Source of the DNA: a virus
Taxonomy: Duplodnaviria; Caudoviricetes
Length of the DNA stretch: 64,000 nucleotides
IMG/VR virus record: IMGVR_UViG_3300010340_000454
Location: 32,001-96,000 of that record
Direction: 5' to 3' (one strand)
Numbering within the stretch: the stretch's first letter is position 1; every line of letters begins with the position of its first letter. The notes under the pieces are model-generated. The model did no database searches, had not been told where the DNA came from, and saw only the letters and a program-made list of their open reading frames with translations. Below, in pieces: positions 9,251-19,079 of the stretch. Made by a program: the position numbers and the translations under genes.

Positions 9251-11166
9251 TGGCAAACTATGGAGCCGCTGACGTATACGTTGTAGAACGTGACCTCAGC
9301 CAAGAGATCGAAGCAACCGCTACTAGCGTAGGCGCTAGCTTAGTTTACGCCGACAAAGGTGAAATAGGTAAGCCTATCCTTGTCACTTCTCCTCAAGATT
9401 ATATTGATCGCTTCGGTACGCCTAAGCCTTCTAATGGTTATGGTGGTTACGCTGCCTTAGCGTTCCTTAATGTTAGCAACCAGCTTTACGTTTCGCGTGT
9501 TGTTGCAGGCAGCTACGCACATGCAGGTGTAAAAATTGGTGTTGCTGCAGGCGTGCCTACGGGAACAGGCCAAGGCGAAAAAGACCCCGAAGGTATTACC
9601 ATGGCAGTTAGTGATGCTTTCTATATCTACCGTAGTGGCCCTGGCGAAGAAGGCGATAACTTCTCCGTTAGCATTGACTCCCAGAACATGAGCGTGCCTA
9701 CTGGTGTAACTGCGACCGCTTCTACTTCAGGCGGTACGCTAGCTGCAGGTGCTAAGAATTACCGTGTAGTTGCTTTTAACTCTTTAGGAACTACCGCACT
9801 CAGCACCGCAGCGGCTGCTACTACTACTGGTTCTACGTCGTCTGTAACTATAAAATTTGGACGTGTTCCAGGTGCTGCAGGGTATAAGCTTTATGGTAGA
9901 GCAGGTACTGGGACTGACCAGCTGCTGGCAGTTATTTCCCAAGCAGATACCTCCACTATTAGCTACGTGGACACCGGAGCAGCCGCATACGATTCTTTAA
10001 ACACCGCAGCAGGCATTACTGCCTACACTGCAACTGAAGAATTTACTGTTAACATTTTTGATAACAGTCAGTCCTTGTCGCAGCCTGTAGAATCTTGGAA
10101 CGTTACGCTGGAACAATCTGTGGACGGCTTTGGGCAGCAACAGAAAATCGACGAAAAGATTAACGTCTATTCCAGATACGTTAAAGTCTACGTGAACGAA
10201 CTGTACACAGGATCGTTAAACCTTCAGCCCATGGATAAGACCGACTTCTCTGGCGGCGCTAACGGCGACGTTTACTCCGGAACAGGCGGGCCTTTGCTAT
10301 CTGATTCTGCCTACATCAATACCTGGAATCAGTATCTCGATAAGGAAAGCGTCACTGTTCGATTGCTTATTGAAGGCGGGCGTGGTTCTGCCGCAGTTCA
10401 ACTCAATATGGACAACGTGGCCAAGAAGCGCCAAGATTGCGTGGCAATTCTTGACGTGCCTTCTTCTGCACAGGAAGCCACTCGCGCCGTTGACTACAGA
10501 AATTTAACGCTCAACCTTAACTCTAACCGTTCTACGCTGTATACGCCTGACGTTCAGATTCAAGACCCCTACAACGACCTTGTGCTTTACATTCCACCGT
10601 CTGGTTACATTGCATCTGTTTATGCTTACACTGATGCGGTAACCAATGCCTGGTGGGCACCTGCAGGTCTTAACCGGGGTCTGCTGAATGTGTTAGGCTT
10701 ACGCTACAAATACGATGCAGGCCAGCGCGACATTCTGTCCAACGCTCGCATTAACTATATCCGCAACTTCCCTGGATTAGGTATTGCAGTCTGGGAAAGC
10801 TGGACACTACAGAGCAAACTGTCTGCATTTAGCTTCGTGAACGTGCGCCGTTTGTTTGACCTTATTGGTGTTTCCGTTTCGCGTGCCCTGCTGTTCTCTG
10901 AGTTTGAGCCTAATGACGATTTTGTTAAGCGTCAGGTGGTGAACCTTATTGCACAGTTCCTAGATACTATCCAGAACGCCCGCGGTATTAACCAATACCA
11001 GGTTGTTTGCGATAGCAGCAATAACACTGGGATAGACGCTGCTAAGGGTCAGTTGAACATTGACGTATACATTCAGCCTACGCTTCCGGTCAGAGTGATT
11101 CAGCTTAAACTTATTGCTACCAAGCAAGGCGTTTCGGTCGCTGAATTTATCGGACAAGCCGCTTAA
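9250..11166 (+). CDS. Contractile tail sheath protein
   Basis: VYVVERDLS N-terminus; PPSGYIA, WWAPAGLNRG, VNVRRL and FEPND sheath motifs. Confidence 0.96.
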   Translation: MANYGAADVYVVERDLSQEIEATATSVGASLVYADKGEIGKPILVTSPQDYIDRFGTPKPSNGYGGYAALAFLNVSNQLYVSRVVAGSYAHAGVKIGVAAGVPTGTGQGEKDPEGITMAVSDAFYIYRSGPGEEGDNFSVSIDSQNMSVPTGVTATASTSGGTLAAGAKNYRVVAFNSLGTTALSTAAAATTTGSTSSVTIKFGRVPGAAGYKLYGRAGTGTDQLLAVISQADTSTISYVDTGAAAYDSLNTAAGITAYTATEEFTVNIFDNSQSLSQPVESWNVTLEQSVDGFGQQQKIDEKINVYSRYVKVYVNELYTGSLNLQPMDKTDFSGGANGDVYSGTGGPLLSDSAYINTWNQYLDKESVTVRLLIEGGRGSAAVQLNMDNVAKKRQDCVAILDVPSSAQEATRAVDYRNLTLNLNSNRSTLYTPDVQIQDPYNDLVLYIPPSGYIASVYAYTDAVTNAWWAPAGLNRGLLNVLGLRYKYDAGQRDILSNARINYIRNFPGLGIAVWESWTLQSKLSAFSFVNVRRLFDLIGVSVSRALLFSEFEPNDDFVKRQVVNLIAQFLDTIQNARGINQYQVVCDSSNNTGIDAAKGQLNIDVYIQPTLPVRVIQLKLIATKQGVSVAEFIGQAA

Positions 11167-11184
11167 TTAAGAGGAAAATAAATC

Positions 11185-11691
11185 ATGGCAAAACCAGGTT
11201 TAGCGGATCTCCGGTCGCTTCCAGATCCCTTACAAACACAAAACTTTGCACTTTTCGTTAACGTACCTAGTCCTAATGGTAACGCTCGTCGCCTTACTTT
11301 GCAGTGCCAGAGCGTGCCTCTGTCTGGCATTAGCAACGACCAGCTAACTGTAGGCCTGCACGGCGTTGAAGCAATGTACCAAGGTCGTCCTATGTACGAA
11401 AAAACCTTGTCTACTAGCTTCGTTGAAACCCGTGACATGGTTATTCGTAATACCATACGTAACTGGATTGAGTATGCGCGTAACGCTAGAAACAATACCG
11501 GTGCTTACAAGGCAGAGTACGAATCTACAGGCGATCTAGTGTTGTACGACGACCGTTATCGTCCTATCAAAACCGTTCGCCACTTTGGTTTCTACCCTAA
11601 CAACCTGTCTGAGCTTTCTTTAGATGGTTCTTCGTCAGGTGTAGCTATTATCCAAGTTACCTGGCTATACGATTTTACGGTGGACGCCTAA
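11185..11691 (+). CDS. Tail tube protein (T4 gp19-like)
   Basis: 168 aa, follows the sheath gene, with a gp19-like pattern (FVET..W..FYP..LS.LSLD..VTW.YD). Confidence 0.85.
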   Translation: MAKPGLADLRSLPDPLQTQNFALFVNVPSPNGNARRLTLQCQSVPLSGISNDQLTVGLHGVEAMYQGRPMYEKTLSTSFVETRDMVIRNTIRNWIEYARNARNNTGAYKAEYESTGDLVLYDDRYRPIKTVRHFGFYPNNLSELSLDGSSSGVAIIQVTWLYDFTVDA

Positions 11692-11700
11692 CTTTGGCAT

Positions 11701-11735
11701 AAGGTAAGTGGGCGTCTGTTCACTTACCTTTTTGT
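11701..11735 (+). terminator. Rho-independent terminator
   Basis: AAGGTAAGTG...CACTTACCTT stem followed by a T-run, after the tube gene. Confidence 0.85.
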
Positions 11736-11740
11736 CTTTT

Positions 11741-11751
11741 TACTGTAAAGT
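11741..11751 (+). promoter_or_regulatory. Putative phage promoter motif B (TACTGTAAAGT)
   Basis: The exact 11-mer also occurs at 47173 and 51295; here it lies just after a terminator and before an RBS. Confidence 0.6.
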
Positions 11752-11763
11752 AGGAGTGATAAC

Positions 11764-13155
11764 ATGTCAAAACTACCTACACTAGTTAAAGCGTTTCTCG
11801 GTGAGAAAATTAGGGTAGACTCTAATGAGAACGCACAACCTACAATAACTGGCGCTGACGGAATAAGTGATGTTCCTCCAGTTTCCTCTACTGCCGCATT
11901 TGAAGGCGTTGGGGGCAGTGTCAATCAGCGTTCTGGCACTACTTCTTCAGGCGACCCCGTTTCAGGTGTACAAGCTGTTGGCGCCGTTACAGTAGGCGCT
12001 GCTGCTGGCGGTTTAATGCAAAGCGGGGCTTTAGGGGACTCTGACTCTACTAAAGAAACTATAAAAGCCGTAGGACAAGAGATACTGCAAAATTATGGAA
12101 TTTCTTCCAGGACAGCTAATGATATAGTTGAAGCTGCCTCTGGAAATAAGAATGCCCAAGTAGATTTAGGTATCCAAGCCGTTAGCGCTTTAAGTAAGGG
12201 CTTTATAACGGAAGATGCAGGAAGAACCGTAGTAGGAGCTTTAGAGGGAGACAAAGCTGCCCAACAGAAGCTAGTGCTTAAGGCAGTTGACGTTCTAAGT
12301 AATAACCCTACCGCAGCCCCCGTAATTAAGGCAGCAGGCGAACTAGGTCAAAAAGCTATTGATACCATACTCCCAAGAGGTTCTCCTCTTCGTGGGGTAG
12401 TATCTGACTTCTTAGGAAAAGAGTACAACAAGTTAGCTAACAATGCGCCTTTAGATAACGCTCCTCCTAGAATAGCTGCATCTACAGGAGTCTCGCGCCT
12501 ACAGAAACTTAGGCAGCGAAGGGATCCACTACTAAATTTTGATTGGAAAGTTGAGCTTCCAGATATAGGCAACGCGGGCGTAAATGTTACAGGTGACACC
12601 TTTAATTTTTACGCTGAAGAAGTTACTATAGCTCTTCCGTATTACCAATCTAACGACGTGTTCCGTTGTGGCTCCCGAAAAAATTATCCTGGATTTTCGG
12701 ATGTTGGTTCTATTACTGTTACTCTGTATGAAGATAATCAGATGACAGCCTCAGCGTACCTTAATCACTGGCATTCTTTAATACAAAATAAGGCAGGCGC
12801 TTACTATAACTTGCCTAGTGTCTACAAGAAAACCTTCTACGTTTATTGCTATGACGTTAAGGGGAACACTGTGGGATTGTTTAAAGTAACCGATGCCTGG
12901 CCACTACAGCGAGGTAACTATAGCTTGCAATCTTCCTCCTCTGATCGTGTAATACTCTCCGCAGAATTTGCAACGGATGGTATCTTCTTCCAAAGAGTAG
13001 AGAACGGCGCTCCGGTAGAACAAGCTGTGCCTGTGTCTTCCCTAGCAAAAGCAGATTATTCGGGCAAAATAAGCAGTATGCTACAATCGGTTGGCCTTAG
13101 TAGTAAAATCGCAGGCCCCGTGTCCAAAGTAGCTAATTCTTTTATACCAACGTAG
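11764..13155 (+). CDS. Tail-tube-like baseplate protein (gp48/gp54-like) with long N-terminal extension
   Basis: The C-terminal ~160 aa has a tube fold pattern (ITVTLYED..W..I..YKK..DAWP). Confidence 0.65.
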   Translation: MSKLPTLVKAFLGEKIRVDSNENAQPTITGADGISDVPPVSSTAAFEGVGGSVNQRSGTTSSGDPVSGVQAVGAVTVGAAAGGLMQSGALGDSDSTKETIKAVGQEILQNYGISSRTANDIVEAASGNKNAQVDLGIQAVSALSKGFITEDAGRTVVGALEGDKAAQQKLVLKAVDVLSNNPTAAPVIKAAGELGQKAIDTILPRGSPLRGVVSDFLGKEYNKLANNAPLDNAPPRIAASTGVSRLQKLRQRRDPLLNFDWKVELPDIGNAGVNVTGDTFNFYAEEVTIALPYYQSNDVFRCGSRKNYPGFSDVGSITVTLYEDNQMTASAYLNHWHSLIQNKAGAYYNLPSVYKKTFYVYCYDVKGNTVGLFKVTDAWPLQRGNYSLQSSSSDRVILSAEFATDGIFFQRVENGAPVEQAVPVSSLAKADYSGKISSMLQSVGLSSKIAGPVSKVANSFIPT

Positions 13156-13183
13156 TAAACTTGTTATTTAATCGAGGTCACGT

Positions 13184-14290
13184 ATGAGTGAAGACAAAGA
13201 TTTGAAACCGTCTCTTGAGGAAGCCCCAGAATTTCCACACGGAGGGCACCAGCTAACACCAGTAGAAGCTAAGCTGGAAGAGGCTGCAAGAATAAAGCCT
13301 CAAGTGACCATCATTGACGAAAACGGCGCTACCAATGTAACTGGTAGAAAAATCGTTTCTCAGGAGCAAATAGAAAAACGGTTTAGTGATGATTCTGCAC
13401 CATACTCCGAAAAGAATCCAGAGTTTGTTAACATCGCTGGAGACATTCCTTCAAGCATGGCATTCTACCCAGGGAATAGCCTTTGCATCCGCACTTTCAA
13501 ATCCTCGCATATTATTAAGCTAATCGACGGTATGGAGCTAGAAGACCTAGGTGTAATAGTAGATACCGTATCTGCTGTTTTAGAGCCTAGCTTCTCTGCC
13601 TTAGACCTAACCCCAGAAGATTTTTTCTACTGCCTTTATTGGCTGAAAATCAATAGCTTCAAGAAACACCCTTACGAAATAGAGTTTATCTGCACGAATG
13701 TAAAACACCATGAAGACGTTCTAACTAAGAAACTTCCTCAGGAAACTTTGCGTAATAAAACCTTAGTAAAGCAAGTAGGCCAACTTACTATTGACAAAAT
13801 AACTGAAAATAGTCTTGCGGTAAGCACCAAACTTCTCCAAGAGATAAAGGAAAATTATGGGGTTGACGTTTTCGCCATGCGTATGCGCGACTACGTAGAC
13901 TTGCAAGGGTATTTGAAGCGCTCTGCAATGTTCGCTGTGAAAATAGCGGAGTTTGAGGAAGCCGGAACGTTTGATTCTCCTGAGCTGGAAGAACTAAAAG
14001 CCAAAAAGAGAGAGCTGGATGCAATGTACGCGATGAAAGACTACGCTCCGTATATTTGCTTGCCCGACCCTAAAGCAACAATAGCAGACAAGATCAATTA
14101 CTTGAATAGCCTTGACCTTGATCCAGATTTCTTCATTGACTTGGACGCTTTTATCCAGTCGCTCGCCCATGGTGTAAGAGAAACCGCAGTGGTTCACTGC
14201 CAGGAGTGCAAGGCTAAGGTAGAGGTTCCAGTCTCTATCGAAGCCTTGCATTTCTTTCCCGAAATTATCCGAAGGAGATTTGCTCAATAG
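13184..14290 (+). CDS. Baseplate hub / tail assembly chaperone (T4 gp26-like)
   Basis: DLTPEDFFYCLYWLKINS and a C-terminal CQEC...FFP, located between the tube genes and the tape measure. Confidence 0.7.
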   Translation: MSEDKDLKPSLEEAPEFPHGGHQLTPVEAKLEEAARIKPQVTIIDENGATNVTGRKIVSQEQIEKRFSDDSAPYSEKNPEFVNIAGDIPSSMAFYPGNSLCIRTFKSSHIIKLIDGMELEDLGVIVDTVSAVLEPSFSALDLTPEDFFYCLYWLKINSFKKHPYEIEFICTNVKHHEDVLTKKLPQETLRNKTLVKQVGQLTIDKITENSLAVSTKLLQEIKENYGVDVFAMRMRDYVDLQGYLKRSAMFAVKIAEFEEAGTFDSPELEELKAKKRELDAMYAMKDYAPYICLPDPKATIADKINYLNSLDLDPDFFIDLDAFIQSLAHGVRETAVVHCQECKAKVEVPVSIEALHFFPEIIRRRFAQ

Positions 14291-14411
14291 GCTGTCAAAC
14301 TATCATATATGGACACACATTGACCTGTACGAAAACTACGACTACAGGCAAATTGTCCATCTGACAGACTTGTTACAAGCAGACCTTCGGGAGAAAGGAC
14401 TAATTAAGTGA
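14259..14411 (+). CDS. Probable +1 frameshift extension of the chaperone (gp51 / GT-like segment, ~50 aa)
   Basis: The +1 frame is open from 14223 to 14411 with no ATG or GTG and fills the gap to the tape measure RBS; TTT CCC G lies at 14255-14261. Confidence 0.55.
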   Translation, partial: PKLSEGDLLNRLSNYHIWTHIDLYENYDYRQIVHLTDLLQADLREKGLIK

Positions 14412-14418
14412 GGTAAGT

Positions 14419-16494
14419 ATGGCAAACTCAGGACGCAAGGCTAGTAAAATGCTCCAAGAGTTTATGAAAACTGCCGTAAAAGCTAAAGCCGACTTCAAGA
14501 AAACAGGCTCGGATTCAAAGGCTTCAAATGCAGCCTTTGAATCTGTTATTGACAAGTTAGAGAACCTTTTTTCTACTATGGAAAAAGGTCAAGAGGGCAA
14601 CCGCTCTAACTTAGAAAAAAGCCAGATGAAAGACCTTACGCATGTTACTGCCTCACTGCTAGCTATTCTTAGGTCTAAAGATAAATCTATAAACTCCTTA
14701 CAGGATACTTTAGCTAACTTCCAAGAAAGTACGCTACGACTAGCTGAAACTTTAGGCGGGGAAAACCGAATAGAGGATACTAAAAACATTAACGCTAGGA
14801 TGCTTAAGGAAGTCCAAGCAGGCCTAACTTCTGATATTGCCGAGGCTTTCGCAAAGTCGCAAGGCAAAATAGAAAAAGCCTCTAAAGTTGCCTCTAAGTC
14901 AGGCTTATACGGAACTATAGCTGACGCTTTTGCTGGAGGCATCTTCGGTCCCGCAGGGAAAGATATATCAGAAATGTTCGGCCTTGAGGATAGGGTCGAA
15001 AAGATGTTTACTAAGACAGCTGGTCACTGGAGTAGAAAAAAGAGGAGGGCAGGTGCTGCTGGTGTACAAGGGTTATCCGCAACGGCTGCTACGGGAACCG
15101 ACGCTTTGTCTAACAAGCAAGCCCGAACAGATGCGGCGCTAGCAGCAGACGCTAACGCTGACTTCATGCGGAATAGTCTAGAATCCAATAAAGATGTTGT
15201 AAGGGAATTAAAAGGTATAAAGTCCGGCTTCAGTGTAGGCGGAATGATGGGGTCTTTGTTTAAGATGTTCTTAGGCGGAGGCTCTACTATCGTAAGGGTA
15301 CTAGGTGCAATTGCATCTGGTATCATGGGTTTAATGGGCTTGAAATCTTTGCTACCTGGAGGTATGCCGGACATAGATGTAGACTTGCCTGGAGGTGGAG
15401 ATGGTGACATAGGTCCTGATGGTAAGCCTAAACCTAAGCCGAAGCCGAAGCCGAAGGGGGGTAGGCTCAAAAACATTCTTAAAGGCGCTAAGGGTCTTGG
15501 AGGGCGGGCTCTTTCTATGGGGGGCCGTGCACTTCCTTGGTTAGGCCGAGCTGGTATGGGGTTGCTCTCATCACCCGCTGCGGCAGTAGCAGGTGCAGGC
15601 GCTACTGGGTACGCTGTAGGCACCGAACTAAACAATCAGTTTGATCTATCTACAAAGCTTGTTGACGGCGTAATGGCTGCTCAATCTGGCGTTAGCAGTG
15701 CTTGGGACAAAGCCAAAACCTTTATGTCAGGCGGCGAGTCTGTATCTGATATTCTTAAGAAAGCTGCTGACAGGACAGGTGTGGATTATGGAATTCTCAT
15801 GTCTGTGGCAAAACAAGAATCTGGCTTTAATCCTAACGCAAAGGCGGGGGGCAAATCCTCTGCTAAAGGCCTATTTCAATTCGTAGATAAGACCTGGGCC
15901 GGCATGGTAAAACAGTACGGTGCGGCTTATGGCATCGGAATCGGAGACGTGATGGACCCTCTAGCTAACGCTACAATGGGCGCACTCTACCTTAAAGATA
16001 ATATGAGGATACTAAAAAATGCAAAGGTTCCCATTAACGGAACGTCTTTGTACGCCGCGCACTTTATGGGGCCTTACGCGGCAGCAAAATTATTTAGCGC
16101 AGACCCTTCGGCTGAAATAACTTCTGTCAAAGGAATTCCTGGCCTTTCTGACCCTACTAATTCTAACATATATTATAGGGACGGTAAGAAAATGTCGCAA
16201 CCTAAGACTGTTGCTGAGGTGCAGCAGACCTTATTCGATAAAGTAGGAAAAAGCGCAGACGCTTTTGCAGCGCACGCCAACGCCCAAGGCTCTTCTGTGG
16301 CTCCGCCTACAGTTGCGAGGTCCAAAGGCGGCGACAACATTCCTCAAACCATTGCTGCTCCTCAAGGTTCTTCTGGGCCTGTTTCCTCCAGTAATACTGG
16401 AGCTAATGGTGCGCCTGCTGCTACCATTGATGAAATACCTATGTTTGTTAATGATATGGGCCTAGTACTAACCACAGCTGGCGCTATTCTTTAA
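14419..16494 (+). CDS. Tape measure protein with lytic transglycosylase (SLT) domain
   Basis: Helical N-terminus and Gly/Ala-rich middle; QESGFNPNA..SSAKGLFQF..TW and YAAHFMG SLT motifs. Confidence 0.85.
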   Translation: MANSGRKASKMLQEFMKTAVKAKADFKKTGSDSKASNAAFESVIDKLENLFSTMEKGQEGNRSNLEKSQMKDLTHVTASLLAILRSKDKSINSLQDTLANFQESTLRLAETLGGENRIEDTKNINARMLKEVQAGLTSDIAEAFAKSQGKIEKASKVASKSGLYGTIADAFAGGIFGPAGKDISEMFGLEDRVEKMFTKTAGHWSRKKRRAGAAGVQGLSATAATGTDALSNKQARTDAALAADANADFMRNSLESNKDVVRELKGIKSGFSVGGMMGSLFKMFLGGGSTIVRVLGAIASGIMGLMGLKSLLPGGMPDIDVDLPGGGDGDIGPDGKPKPKPKPKPKGGRLKNILKGAKGLGGRALSMGGRALPWLGRAGMGLLSSPAAAVAGAGATGYAVGTELNNQFDLSTKLVDGVMAAQSGVSSAWDKAKTFMSGGESVSDILKKAADRTGVDYGILMSVAKQESGFNPNAKAGGKSSAKGLFQFVDKTWAGMVKQYGAAYGIGIGDVMDPLANATMGALYLKDNMRILKNAKVPINGTSLYAAHFMGPYAAAKLFSADPSAEITSVKGIPGLSDPTNSNIYYRDGKKMSQPKTVAEVQQTLFDKVGKSADAFAAHANAQGSSVAPPTVARSKGGDNIPQTIAAPQGSSGPVSSSNTGANGAPAATIDEIPMFVNDMGLVLTTAGAIL

Positions 16495-16504
16495 GAGGTG
16501 AAAC

Positions 16505-17548
16505 ATGGTAGGAAAATTATCAGATTTCGCTAATACCTTCGTGCCTACTATTAAAGAAGGCCAAGGCCCTAGCACTAGGTCCTACACACCTATAAGTGCG
16601 CCTGCAGGCACCGCAGAAGCTGCCCAGCAAGGGGCAGTTGCTAAGTCTGAGGCTACTTTTCGAGAATCTCTCCAGCATAAATACCAGATACATATAGCAT
16701 CTATAACATCAAACGTAGAGAATCCAGTTATTTCGGTAACTGGTTTTCTTCCTGAAGACATAAGCATAGATATTAGTGCCGAGTACACTCCCGCCTTTGG
16801 CGAAGGCTTGTTCGACCCTAGCGCAGGGTTAGTCCAAAAGGCAGTTCGACTTGCAGGCTTCTCCGGTATATCTCAAGAAATGTCTGTAAAAATATGGGAG
16901 TCTACTCAAGGCATAAACATATCCATACCTATTACATTTGTTGCTGGTGAAATTATAGGCGGTAAACCTGTAAACAACATTATGGATCCTATAATGGATC
17001 TAATGAGTCTGTGCACACCTAGTAAAACTAAGGGTGACTGGTTCTTAACCCCGCCCGGGCCTACAGTGGTAGCCGATTTTGCTATGATCGGTAGGGTTCT
17101 TAAAGACTCTGCCGCACTTAGCGCTTCCTTCGCGTCAGAGGTTGTAGAGGAAATTCCTGTAGTAGGTAGTGTTGTGACAGCATTAAAAGCCGCCGCAACA
17201 GGAGCCGTAGACGTTGTTAACAAAACTACAGGCGTAGATTTAAGTACGTACAACCTAGAAGGCGTAACTAAACAGGTAGACGACCTTAAGAAGTCGTGGG
17301 CTGGCTTGGACTTCAGCCAAGTGTTAAGGTTTAACAGTAAAATTTCCGTATTCATCGGTGACTTTCTCCACTTCGACAACGTTGTGGTTAACAGCGTTAG
17401 CCAGAATTACCAGATGATACTGGACGAAGTAGGTAACCCTATGCAGGCCACAGTAACGTTTAACTTTACTACAATGCTGTCGCCTACTATACAGGATTTG
17501 CGTAAGATATTCCTGCACCACTCTAAGAGAGGGGCCGCACAGAAATGA
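16505..17548 (+). CDS. Baseplate / tube-initiator protein
   Basis: Follows the tape measure; C-terminal IGDFLHFDNVVVNSV..G.PMQATV pattern of tube-fold proteins. Confidence 0.6.
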   Translation: MVGKLSDFANTFVPTIKEGQGPSTRSYTPISAPAGTAEAAQQGAVAKSEATFRESLQHKYQIHIASITSNVENPVISVTGFLPEDISIDISAEYTPAFGEGLFDPSAGLVQKAVRLAGFSGISQEMSVKIWESTQGINISIPITFVAGEIIGGKPVNNIMDPIMDLMSLCTPSKTKGDWFLTPPGPTVVADFAMIGRVLKDSAALSASFASEVVEEIPVVGSVVTALKAAATGAVDVVNKTTGVDLSTYNLEGVTKQVDDLKKSWAGLDFSQVLRFNSKISVFIGDFLHFDNVVVNSVSQNYQMILDEVGNPMQATVTFNFTTMLSPTIQDLRKIFLHHSKRGAAQK

Positions 17549-17913
17549 CTTCACAATATGAGAGAACAGAATACATTCCTATAAAAGCCTTGTCCGCTGG
17601 CATTTCTAGGGAACCTAAGTTGTATCTAGATTACCTAAATGCAAAGTACTTGCCTATTGTGCAGCAAATAGGCATCTACACTGAGTACCAAGTAACTTCG
17701 TCTATGGAGGCTCGGTTAGATTTAATAAGCAACCTATTTTACCAGACACCTACTCTGTGGTGGTTTATAGGTATGTACAATGGCATAACTAACCCTATAT
17801 TTGAGGTTACTACAGGAAGAAAATTAAAAATTCCTGACAGAAATAGCTTGGATTCTGTGCTGCAAGTTGCCGTAGAGCCTAGCTCGAACAAAGGCGTAGT
17901 GGAGTTACAATAA
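17545..17913 (+). CDS. Baseplate wedge protein (gp53 / LysM-like)
   Basis: RLDLISNLFYQTPTLWWFIGMYNGI.NP...G.KLKIP motif. Confidence 0.85.
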   Translation: MTSQYERTEYIPIKALSAGISREPKLYLDYLNAKYLPIVQQIGIYTEYQVTSSMEARLDLISNLFYQTPTLWWFIGMYNGITNPIFEVTTGRKLKIPDRNSLDSVLQVAVEPSSNKGVVELQ

Positions 17914-19079
17914 TGCTTCGTGTGTCTGATAGATTCTATATTTCCGTTAAGATAGACGGGAAAGAGCTACCGTTAGAAAAGCTGGCGTTTAGGTCTTTTC
18001 AGGCGCATAGCAGCGTAAACTTTTACCAGCCAATGGCAAACCTTTCTGTTGTAGATAACCAAAGATACTTCGACACTAACCCAGTAGGCGATGGCGTTAA
18101 GTTTGAAGTGTATACAGGAACTACGAAAGACATAGCAAAAGCCAAAATATATAAGTTTAGGCACTTTAAAACAGACAAGTCTCCTATTGGCGGCAACATA
18201 CAGGCTTACAACTTTCGCCTAGTTTTTGACGCCCCTCGTTTCCTAAATGAAAATCTGGTAAGTTCCATAAAAGGCACCTCAAGCGAAGTAATTAAAAAAC
18301 TCGCCGCACAAGTTCCTATAAACAAAGTTGTTGCCGACCCTAGTTCTGACTCTATGTCTTGGCTGCCTTTCGGAATGAAGCGGTGCGAGTTTGCTAGGCA
18401 GGTATGTAATCACGCTTACGCTAACGCTTCAAGTTGCTTTATGTTAGGCATTCGCCTCGACGGCTCCTTGCACTTCAGAAATGTTTCCACAATTGATTTG
18501 TCAAAGTCCAACACCTTGATGGTTAGAGGTACGTCTAAGCTAAGTGATTCTATTAAAATAATAGGGTACCGAGAAGTAGCCGCATCCGGATTATCTAATC
18601 TTGTTACAGGCTACAAGATGGAAACAATAGAACAAGGTACTGGCGAAGATAAGTCTTACACTAAAGTGTCTGCACCTACTACATCGCCTAGTGTTCTGAT
18701 AAATTCAAACATTAGCTTAGGGATAGAAGGCTCTAAAATAGTAAACACGCCTATAGCAAGTTCTAACACACACCCTAACTACCAGAATGCGTTACACCAG
18801 AACAAGCGCATACGAAATACCTTTATGCTATCCACTTTCGTTGCTACTGACCACATGACTGATCTTGACCTGTTTGATACAGCAAAATTCATGCTAGTGG
18901 AGCAAGGCCAAGGCAAAACCCAATTAAATGAAAAAATCTCCGGCTCCTACCTAATTGTAGCTAAGACTATATATGCAACAAAAGATGGAATGTATTATGA
19001 AAAGTTTCAATTGCAGAGGCAAGGCTATAATGCTAATACCATAAGCTCCTCGCAGATGAAGGCCTTGGAGGCAAAATGA
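17913..19079 (+). CDS. Baseplate hub protein (gp27-like)
   Basis: Size and position between gp53 and the spike; SGSYLI motif near the C-terminus. Confidence 0.65.
   Translation: MLRVSDRFYISVKIDGKELPLEKLAFRSFQAHSSVNFYQPMANLSVVDNQRYFDTNPVGDGVKFEVYTGTTKDIAKAKIYKFRHFKTDKSPIGGNIQAYNFRLVFDAPRFLNENLVSSIKGTSSEVIKKLAAQVPINKVVADPSSDSMSWLPFGMKRCEFARQVCNHAYANASSCFMLGIRLDGSLHFRNVSTIDLSKSNTLMVRGTSKLSDSIKIIGYREVAASGLSNLVTGYKMETIEQGTGEDKSYTKVSAPTTSPSVLINSNISLGIEGSKIVNTPIASSNTHPNYQNALHQNKRIRNTFMLSTFVATDHMTDLDLFDTAKFMLVEQGQGKTQLNEKISGSYLIVAKTIYATKDGMYYEKFQLQRQGYNANTISSSQMKALEAK

Noticed and set aside
15424-15456. KPKPKPKPKPK microsatellite as a phase-variation site
   Set aside because: The 6-nt units keep the frame and vary synonymously; it is an ordinary linker in the tape measure.
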